Source: a virus (taxonomy: Duplodnaviria; Caudoviricetes). From it: DNA of 64,000 nucleotides. The translations under genes were made by a program, and so were the position numbers. The DNA is taken from the IMG/VR virus record IMGVR_UViG_3300028832_000127, positions 1 through 64,000 of that record, one strand, 5' to 3'. Positions within the stretch are counted from its first letter, which is position 1. Every line of letters begins with the position of its first letter. This document shows, one piece after another, positions 56,760 through 64,000 of the stretch. The notes below the pieces were generated by a model. The model made no database searches and was not told the origin of the DNA. It worked only from the letters and a program-made list of their open reading frames with translations.

Positions 56760-56951
56760 ATGAGAGTTCCCAAGCATAAGACCTGTGCCGCCTGTCTGTG
56801 GTACGCAGCCGCCAAGCAGACCGCAAACGGCGTTATTGACGGCGAGTTTTTCTGTCACCACGCCGCGAACAGCCACAAAAGCAAGGGGTGGGGCGGTCGG
56901 GTGCATAAGAACGACCGAGCGTGTGAGAATATGGAAAAAACTAAAAACTAA
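56760..56951 (+). CDS. Small Cys-rich protein
   Basis: CAACLWY...FFCHH...ACEN. Confidence 0.55.
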   Translation: MRVPKHKTCAACLWYAAAKQTANGVIDGEFFCHHAANSHKSKGWGGRVHKNDRACENMEKTKN

Positions 56952-56957
56952 AATGCT

Positions 56958-57275
56958 ATGAAAAAGATGTTTTATCAGGTAACGGTGGCAGCCCCTACGC
57001 TGCCCGACGGTTACGACGAGGAGACAAAGACGGGACAGATGCTTATTGCCAACTATGACAATTCCGCGTCCGTCTATGCAAACCTGAAAGCGTTTTTTAA
57101 TGTGGCGATACCTGAGCCGTCCAAAGACACCGCTTTTAGCATCGTAAGGCAAATAGTAAACATTGCGGACAAGGCGTTCAAACCCGATTTTGTCGGCTGC
57201 GACGTGGACATTCCGCTTTGTGGCAGCCAATACAAGCGAATACACTTCAAATGCACACCCTTACAAGACTACTAA
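56958..57275 (+). CDS. Hypothetical protein
   Basis: 105 aa ORF. Confidence 0.65.
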   Translation: MKKMFYQVTVAAPTLPDGYDEETKTGQMLIANYDNSASVYANLKAFFNVAIPEPSKDTAFSIVRQIVNIADKAFKPDFVGCDVDIPLCGSQYKRIHFKCTPLQDY

Positions 57276-57288
57276 ACGCTATGAAAAA

Positions 57289-57678
57289 ATGAAACCCAAA
57301 CTATACAGAAAATTCCGAGCCGTTGAGCATAAAACCTACAAATTCGTGTACGGTGCTTATGTCGAGTACATCGACCAAGACAGACCCGACGAAATCATAG
57401 AGGACAACGGAACGGTTCACAAAGTGGCAAGTTGGACGGTCGGCGAGTTTACGGGTTTTGTTGACGGTTCAAGTCCGCGCCGTGAAATATACGACGGCGA
57501 CATCTTGCAAGAGCCTGACCACTCCGACACCTACGTTGTCTTTTGGGACAAGGGCGAGGGGCAGTGGGCGGTCAAATTCCGCGATACCACAATGCCGCTG
57601 GCAAGGTTGCGCCGCGCTTATGGCTTCGTCGCCAAGGTAATCAGTACGACAACAGCAGACATAACCACAGAAAAATGA
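57289..57678 (+). CDS. YopX-like protein
   Basis: RKFRA...FVYG...TVGEFTG...EIYDGDIL...VVFWD. Confidence 0.8.
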   Translation: MKPKLYRKFRAVEHKTYKFVYGAYVEYIDQDRPDEIIEDNGTVHKVASWTVGEFTGFVDGSSPRREIYDGDILQEPDHSDTYVVFWDKGEGQWAVKFRDTTMPLARLRRAYGFVAKVISTTTADITTEK

Positions 57679-57848
57679 CACAAGACCACCCCGACATAAT
57701 CGCCGCGCTTAACGAGACGGTGGCAAGGCTGACAGCGGAAAACGCCGCCAAGGACGCGCAAATACAAGCCTTGCAGGACAAACTCAACCGCGCAAACGAC
57801 GCTCTCACGCAGATGGTGGAGAGCAGGAAAGAATATTACGACGTATAA
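57675..57848 (+). CDS. Small coiled-coil protein
   Basis: MTQDHPD...LTAENAAKDAQIQALQ. Confidence 0.55.
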   Translation: MTQDHPDIIAALNETVARLTAENAAKDAQIQALQDKLNRANDALTQMVESRKEYYDV

Positions 57849-57859
57849 ACATTAAGACT

Positions 57860-58150
57860 ATGGCAACAAAAAGACCCCTATTCTCCAACGGCACGGAGTT
57901 TATGTTTTGGAGTTCCCGAAACTGCGAACACTGCCACAAAGCCGTGCAATACAACGAGGGCAAAAACTATATGCCCAAGTATCGGTGCGCGATACAGCGC
58001 GACATCGAATTTGCGGCGATAGACGACGGCTGCGGCAACGATAGGGCGTACAATGCCGCAAGGTCGCCACGCTGTCCCTACTTTGTAGAAAAGGGCAGCG
58101 TAAAGCGGAAACGAGCAAAAAAGAACGACACACAGCCGACGCTGTGGTAA
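57860..58150 (+). CDS. Cys-rich hypothetical phage protein
   Basis: FSNGTEFMFW...NCEHC...RCAIQ. Confidence 0.65.
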   Translation: MATKRPLFSNGTEFMFWSSRNCEHCHKAVQYNEGKNYMPKYRCAIQRDIEFAAIDDGCGNDRAYNAARSPRCPYFVEKGSVKRKRAKKNDTQPTLW

Positions 58151-58364
58151 AAATATTGACACTATGGAAAGAAAAGCAACTAACGAGTGGGAGTTTCGCC
58201 GAATGTGTGCAAACATAGACAGCGAGGACGGCAAGCAAACATAATAGTACATTTTAGTTTTTTTGGCGGAGGCGTTGTAAAACGCGCTCCGTCTTTTTTT
58301 TGCCCCGAAACAGCCTTATTTTTGCGCCAAAAGTACGACAACCTATCAAACTCTCAATACGACA

Positions 58365-61300
58365 ATGGCAGCGGAAAATTTAGGCGAATTAGAGGCGGGC
58401 GTGAAACTCACCCCCGACACCTCGGATTTTGATAAAGCCTTCGGCGATACCATATCAAAGGCAAAGGCGCAACTCGACAGCCTCAGCGGTCAGACCCTCA
58501 CGCAATTAACTAACAATTTCAAGGGGTTTGCGAACTCCGTGACGGGCGGTCTCGACGCTATCAACGCGAGCATCGCCAAGGTGCAGAGCATCGCATCCCT
58601 CGGAATATTAGGCGGCGGCTTGGCGGGTCTTGTGCATCAAGTCTTCCAAACTCGCTCCTACTTTCAGGATGCAGCCTCATCAATGAAAACGTTTCTCGGC
58701 GATGCGGAGAAAGGCGCGAAGTTCACCAAGGAATTGCAGGACTATGCGTTCTACAATATGTACGAATTTCAAGACCTCGTGGGCGCGTCGCAGCAACTCA
58801 TAGCCTACGGCACAAAGGACAGCAAGGAGATAATCGGCGTTATCGACCAACTCTCCAACATCGCCACAGGCACGGGCGCGTCGCTCAACGGAATGATAGA
58901 CATATACAACAAGATAAAGGCGCAGGGCAAGGCTAACGGAATAGTGTTAGACCAATTGGCGAGCCGTGGTCTTTTGGTGAAACAGACACTTAAAGACATG
59001 GGCGAGACGGTCAACGGCAACACCGTAACGTTTGAGCAATTCCAAAAGGTTTTGAAGCACGTCACGGACGAGGGCGGCATGTTCCACAACCTTATGAAGG
59101 AGCAGTTGAACAACCTGTCGGCGAGCGCGGCGCAGTTGTCGGACGTGATGACCAATATGTGGAACGAGATAGGCGAACAGGCAGAGCCGTATATGAAGGA
59201 GGCGATAGATTTGGCGGCTATGGTTGTCGAGAATTACAAGGAGATTGCGGCGGTGCTGTTCGACATAGCCAAAGCGTATGCAATCTACAAGGTGGCGGCA
59301 TCCGCTATTGAGTGGAACAAGAACACGATAGCGGCGGAGCAGTTCGAGATGGAGAAGGCAGCGTTAGAGGGTGCGACGGAGGCGTTAGAGGGTGCGACGG
59401 AAGCAACTGAGGACAACGCGGAGGCAGACATCAAGGCGCGTGTCGCAAAGGGACAACTGACAGAGGCGCAGGCAAAGGAACTTATAGCGATACAGCAAGG
59501 ATTGGAGAAACGCAAGCAGGAGTTGATGTTAGTGCAGCGTCAGGCGACGGCGGAGGCGACGGCGGCGGAAAAGGAGATTGCAGCCCTGAAAGCCAAGATA
59601 GCGATGCAGGAGCGGTCGCTAAAAATCACGGGTGACTTGTCGAGGGCGTCAGAAATCAACGCTATGAAGACGCAGGTGGAGACGTTGGAGAAAGGGCGGC
59701 TTGCGGCGGCTGAACGTGCGGAGAACGCGCAAAAACAGATTTCCGCAATCAATACGGCGAGGGATGCGGCGGCGCAGGTAGCGGATGCCAACGCCACAAG
59801 CCTATTGACAAGGGCAAAGTTGGCGGCTGGGGCAGCAATCAAAGGCATAGGCAGCAGCATAATGTCGATGATAAACCCCACGGCACTTGCGACGGCGGCA
59901 GTCGGTTTCCTTGTTACCAAACTGATTGAGATGGCGATGGCGGACACCACGTTGGAAAAGGAAATGAAGAAACTCCGCGACATTGAGAGCGAGTATTTCA
60001 ACAACGTAAGGAAAGAGCAGGCTACGCTTGATGAGGCTTACGGCAAGACGCTTAACCTGAAAGAGGGAACAGAGGAATACAACAAGGCTAAGACTGATTT
60101 GATTAATCAGTATAGCGAGTATCTGTCGGGTCTGTCAGCCGAGGAGACGAAGTTAATGTCCATAAAAGACCTTTACGAAAAAATAACGGTTGCGATTATG
60201 GACAAGTACAAGGCGCAGGCGTTGGAAAAGGCAAGGGACACATTCGGACAGACGGTCGGCGACGCCAAGACAGAGGCGATAAAAACGATGTTTACCGAGC
60301 TTGACAAGGGAACGGATGACGTTCAAAAGGCGGCTATCAAGCAACAAGCGGACAAGATGTTCGACGACTACATTGCAGCCACAAAGAAAATAAAGGAAAT
60401 ACAAAGGGAGAACGCTATGATACAATTTAGCGACCCCGACGCATATAGTGAAAACTTACAAAAAATGAGGGTGATTGTTGACGAGTACAAAAATACTTAT
60501 CAGAATTACTTTGACTATATTAAAAAATTCAAATTAGGCAATAAATTTGCCTTTGACTACGAAATAAGCAAAGCCTTTTTTGGAATATTTGAATCTGACA
60601 AAAATGCCGCTACGGACTTTATCGACACGGAGACTGCGGCAATGAAAGCCTTGTCAGATGCCGAGGCTATGTTTGCGAACAACTGGAACAAGGCGACAGG
60701 GGGCGGCACTACCCCCGAAGTCCCCCCCGCAGCCCCAAGGATAAAAAAAGCAAAGGAAGAGGACAAAAAATTCATTGAGGCTTATGCAAAACTCGTTGAG
60801 GAGCGAAACAAAAAAATAGCCGACATTGAAAAGGAATACGGCACTTCCGATGAAGTCAAACAGTACAAAATCCAACAAATTGAAGTCCAATATGATTGGA
60901 AAATCAAGGATTTGGCTGCGGGCAACGGTCTGACTGAAAAACAAGAGCAGGCACTTGTAGAGAAATATGAGGCTGCCGCAAATTCTGAACTTGACATTGC
61001 AAAGGAACAGTACCTCAAAATCAAAGATGAGATTGCCAAATATCAGAAACTACAATCAAACATTCAACTCACCGACAAAAACGCAAATCAGGCAGAACTG
61101 GACAAGAGGATGGCGACATTCAACGCCTACACTAAGAAAATAGCCAGCCTAACGGCGGAAATGGAGGGCTATGAAGCTGTCATCAACAAGTCTTTTGATA
61201 AGACTGATTACGCAAAAAAAGCGTCAGCGTACACAAAGTTTGCCGAGGATTATTCCGCCAGCCTCATCGCTGTTAAGGCGAAAGAGGTGGAAATCAAAAA

Positions 61301-63209
61301 GAAAATAGCAGACCTTGACAATCAAGCAGCCAAAACATCCGACACGGATGCATTGGCTGACATCAACAGGCAGAAGGCAAACGCGCAGACAGAACTGGAC
61401 AACTTCAAGATAGAGCAGGAAACCAAACGGCAGATTTTGGTGGAGGGGTTTGACGGCACGGCGACCGACGTTACCGACATCATAAACAAAATGATGGAGC
61501 AGACGTCAAATCTGACATTTGACCAGTTGCAAAAGGAAATTGTCAAGGTAACGGGGAAGCTCCGACAACTGCAAGCACGGCAGCAAATGGGTGAGGATGT
61601 GTCGCAGGAGATAGCCGAAACGTCGGCACAATTAAAGATTTTGGAGGGTGCGAGCGAGGCAGCCAAGAAAGCCATGCAGATTGAAAAAGGCGACGACCCG
61701 ATAGACTATTGGAAAGACAGCAAAAAAGCAGTCGGACAACTTGCCAACGCCTTTAAGGATTTGGGCAGTGCGATAGGCGGTTCTACCGAGGAAGCACTCA
61801 ACACGGCAAGCATGGTGCTTACAACCACCGTTTCCCTTGTTGACAACATCGTAACTTTCACCACGACGAGCATATCCGCCATCAAGACGGCGGAAACGGC
61901 AGGTGTGGCGGCGGTAAAGGCGGTGGAGGCGGCATCGGTCATTTTGGCGATAATTTCCGCCGTCATCCAGTTGGGACAGGCGATAGCCAGCCTTTTCAAT
62001 AAAAAAGACCCTATCGACGAACTTAAAGACAGCCTCCACGACTTCAACCTCGAATTAGAGGAAACAAAACGCCTTGCCGCAAACGAAGCAAGTTTCAAGC
62101 CCTTTGAAACAATATTCGGAGACGATGCATGGGGAGCAATGACCAACAACATACGCATAGGAGCGGAGGCGTTGGAAACATACGAAAAGACGCAGCAAGA
62201 CATAATTAAGAACGCCCAGACTATGACGGGGCAGATGAAACAGGGCGTAGGTGGAGCAATCGGCTCGGCTATTCTCACGGGCGGTTGGTGGTCGGGAGGA
62301 AATCACAGTGCGGTTACCGCAGCAGGACAATACGACAATGTGGACGATACCGTGGCGAACATGAAAGTCAAGGTGCAGCACAAGACGTGGATTAGGAACG
62401 AGAAATCATCAACTTTAAAAGACTTTGTTCCGTCCCTTTTCGACGACCAAGGCAAACTTGACAAGGACGCGCTGCATAAGTTTGTCGAAAGCAACAACGA
62501 TGCTTTTCAAAAGTTGAGCCAAGACAACCAAGACTACCTCAAAAAAATGGACGAAAGTTGGCAGGAGTACCAAGAGGCTGTCGCGGCGGTTAAGGACACC
62601 TTCTCCGAGTTCTTCGGGGATTTGGGAAGTCAGATACAGGATGTGTGGACAAATGCGTTCCGCAGCGGTGAGGACGGACTGGCGGACTTTGAAAAGTCGT
62701 GGGACAGCGCAATCGAGAATATGATACAGTCGATGGCATATTCCAAGACGCTGGGCAAGGTTATGAGCGACATGGAGAACGACTTAGACGAGGCTGGCTT
62801 TTTTGACGACCCAAACGCAAACATGGATAAAGCCGTGGGCATTATGGAAGAATACGAGCAGAAATCGCTTGCCACAAAAGAGGCTTACGACCAAATCCTT
62901 GAAACTTGGCGCAAAAAAGGCTACTTCAAAGAGGAAGAAGCACAACGTCAAGCCGTGTCGGGCGGCATAGCCAACGTAACGCAAGACACCGCCGAGGAAA
63001 TGAATGGTCGGCTCACGCAGATACAAAGCCACACGTTCTCAATCAACGAGGGCATGAAACAAATGGTAACAATGCAGACCACGCAACTGGCGATACTGCA
63101 AGGAATACACACCGACACGGCACGACTGGCGACGATACAGGGCGAAATCACCGCTGTAAGGGCGGCGGTCGCAGACATCCAAATCAAGGGCATCAAGTTG
63201 AAGTCGTAA
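58365..63209 (+). CDS. Tail tape measure protein
   Basis: 1614 aa, Ala/Glu/Lys helical, N-terminal tape-measure domain (LQDYA...FQDL..ASQQLIAYG), C-terminal TQDTAEEMNGRLTQIQ. Confidence 0.93.
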   Translation: MAAENLGELEAGVKLTPDTSDFDKAFGDTISKAKAQLDSLSGQTLTQLTNNFKGFANSVTGGLDAINASIAKVQSIASLGILGGGLAGLVHQVFQTRSYFQDAASSMKTFLGDAEKGAKFTKELQDYAFYNMYEFQDLVGASQQLIAYGTKDSKEIIGVIDQLSNIATGTGASLNGMIDIYNKIKAQGKANGIVLDQLASRGLLVKQTLKDMGETVNGNTVTFEQFQKVLKHVTDEGGMFHNLMKEQLNNLSASAAQLSDVMTNMWNEIGEQAEPYMKEAIDLAAMVVENYKEIAAVLFDIAKAYAIYKVAASAIEWNKNTIAAEQFEMEKAALEGATEALEGATEATEDNAEADIKARVAKGQLTEAQAKELIAIQQGLEKRKQELMLVQRQATAEATAAEKEIAALKAKIAMQERSLKITGDLSRASEINAMKTQVETLEKGRLAAAERAENAQKQISAINTARDAAAQVADANATSLLTRAKLAAGAAIKGIGSSIMSMINPTALATAAVGFLVTKLIEMAMADTTLEKEMKKLRDIESEYFNNVRKEQATLDEAYGKTLNLKEGTEEYNKAKTDLINQYSEYLSGLSAEETKLMSIKDLYEKITVAIMDKYKAQALEKARDTFGQTVGDAKTEAIKTMFTELDKGTDDVQKAAIKQQADKMFDDYIAATKKIKEIQRENAMIQFSDPDAYSENLQKMRVIVDEYKNTYQNYFDYIKKFKLGNKFAFDYEISKAFFGIFESDKNAATDFIDTETAAMKALSDAEAMFANNWNKATGGGTTPEVPPAAPRIKKAKEEDKKFIEAYAKLVEERNKKIADIEKEYGTSDEVKQYKIQQIEVQYDWKIKDLAAGNGLTEKQEQALVEKYEAAANSELDIAKEQYLKIKDEIAKYQKLQSNIQLTDKNANQAELDKRMATFNAYTKKIASLTAEMEGYEAVINKSFDKTDYAKKASAYTKFAEDYSASLIAVKAKEVEIKKKIADLDNQAAKTSDTDALADINRQKANAQTELDNFKIEQETKRQILVEGFDGTATDVTDIINKMMEQTSNLTFDQLQKEIVKVTGKLRQLQARQQMGEDVSQEIAETSAQLKILEGASEAAKKAMQIEKGDDPIDYWKDSKKAVGQLANAFKDLGSAIGGSTEEALNTASMVLTTTVSLVDNIVTFTTTSISAIKTAETAGVAAVKAVEAASVILAIISAVIQLGQAIASLFNKKDPIDELKDSLHDFNLELEETKRLAANEASFKPFETIFGDDAWGAMTNNIRIGAEALETYEKTQQDIIKNAQTMTGQMKQGVGGAIGSAILTGGWWSGGNHSAVTAAGQYDNVDDTVANMKVKVQHKTWIRNEKSSTLKDFVPSLFDDQGKLDKDALHKFVESNNDAFQKLSQDNQDYLKKMDESWQEYQEAVAAVKDTFSEFFGDLGSQIQDVWTNAFRSGEDGLADFEKSWDSAIENMIQSMAYSKTLGKVMSDMENDLDEAGFFDDPNANMDKAVGIMEEYEQKSLATKEAYDQILETWRKKGYFKEEEAQRQAVSGGIANVTQDTAEEMNGRLTQIQSHTFSINEGMKQMVTMQTTQLAILQGIHTDTARLATIQGEITAVRAAVADIQIKGIKLKS

Positions 63210-63212
63210 CGC

Positions 63213-63683
63213 CTATTTTGCCTTAAATGTCATTTTGATAGGGGTTTCGTTATGGTAATAGGAAACCTCTATCTGTGACATTGCCATAAGATTGGGAACA
63301 GACCCGTCTAAGCCTATATCATAACCGCAAGGAAAACCAAGTAAAGGCTCGGCATCGTGCGTATGTATAGGCATCAGATACCAATATTTGATGCCGTTAA
63401 TTACCACATAGTCATCCACAACCAACTTCTCATCAAAAGAGAATTGCGAACTTTTTGAGGGAAGAAATATGGAATATGTCGTGTCATTTTTTGATGATAC
63501 GCCCGCAGTCAACAACGCCTTGCCATTCAAAGTGTCGTTTTGGATTACTTCCTCACTTTCGATAAAGTAACCAACATACGTTTTACCCTCAAACTCGATG
63601 TGTTTTTTCTGCCATCCGCCCTTTTGTGCGCATCCTGACATTGCGGAAACTGCCAACGCCGCGAGAAATAGTTTTAGTTTCAT
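63213..63683 (-). CDS. Lipoprotein convergent on the tape measure gene
   Basis: Signal peptide II MKLKLFLAALAVSAMSG-C; lower GC than neighbours. Confidence 0.7.
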   Translation of the reverse strand: MKLKLFLAALAVSAMSGCAQKGGWQKKHIEFEGKTYVGYFIESEEVIQNDTLNGKALLTAGVSSKNDTTYSIFLPSKSSQFSFDEKLVVDDYVVINGIKYWYLMPIHTHDAEPLLGFPCGYDIGLDGSVPNLMAMSQIEVSYYHNETPIKMTFKAK

Positions 63684-63780
63684 TTGTTCGTTGATTATTG
63701 TTAATGTTTTCGTTTATCCAAGTTGCAGCAAAGACCTTGCCCCGCCCCGACGATTAACACATTTTAACTAATTTTTCTTT

Positions 63781-63830
63781 GTGCTTTATGAAACATTTTG
63801 TAATTTTGTGTCGTTAAATAGAATAGAACA
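63781..63830 (+). promoter_or_regulatory. Short variant of the repeated promoter (copy I)
   Basis: TTTATGAAACATTTTG-TAATTTTG. Confidence 0.7.
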
Positions 63831-64000
63831 GCCAAAATTGAGCAACGCAAAAAAGAGTATGATAATTTTATGCAACGAGAGCCTGACGCGCAGTTTCCTG
63901 AGTGCGAAAAGGCTGAATTACCATTTTAATGACAATCTAAAAAACAAAATTATGTTTAGAGAGATAATCGCGGCACGTTTCGCCGCAGAAAAAGTTTCAT

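Noticed and set aside
59361-59402. 21 bp tandem duplication in the tape measure gene
   Set aside because: In-frame ALEGATE duplication; small length changes are routine in tape measure genes.
1-64000. CRISPR array or mini-array
   Set aside because: The repeats are dispersed promoter elements or in-frame coding repeats; there is no repeat-spacer periodicity of 60-75 bp.
1-64000. tRNA, rRNA or tmRNA genes
   Set aside because: No cloverleaf with T-loop and acceptor stem found by eye; the GGTTCAATCC at about 5271 lies inside an ORF without supporting stems. A tRNAscan run would be decisive.
1-64000. Stop-codon reassignment as in some gut phages
   Set aside because: Long genes (tape measure, tail, terminase) are intact in the standard code and TAG, TGA and TAA all end plausible genes.
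1-64000. Long antisense or overlapping ORFs in the track (e.g. 7386-8045, 32377-33252, 33988-34845, 45187-45768)
   Set aside because: They are shadows of well-supported genes on the other strand, with no motifs or leaders.

Overview
The whole 64 kb reads as part of a temperate tailed phage (probably siphovirus-like) of a Bacteroidales host. The host call rests on many TTTG-N19-21-TAnnTTTG promoters, a Bacteroidetes-type tyrosine integrase and recognisable Bacteroides-phage gene families. No host chromosomal genes, tRNA, rRNA or CRISPR array were seen, and phage genes flank the integrase on both sides. The window contains a terminase module whose large subunit carries two mini-inteins, an ASCH/PAPS-reductase-like/ParB cluster, replication and recombination genes (SF2 helicase, initiator with iterons, ERF, SSB), dUTPase, a ThyX-like gene, four DNA methyltransferase genes (one frameshifted), a lysogeny switch, tail genes, tape measure, holin and amidase. 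No portal or major capsid gene was recognised. The most unusual points are: (1) a diversity-generating retroelement with VR and a 3'-truncated TR but no reverse transcriptase in the window; (2) a family of near-identical ~270 bp promoter cassettes, each heading a run of small genes; (3) morphogenesis and lysis genes scattered in at least six islands on both strands, with several truncation scars; (4) a stand-alone RelA/SpoT-like gene; (5) a six-gene operon of unknown function led by a Cys-Cys-Cys helical protein; (6) a candidate multibranched ncRNA. All family assignments are from motif recognition by eye, not database searches.
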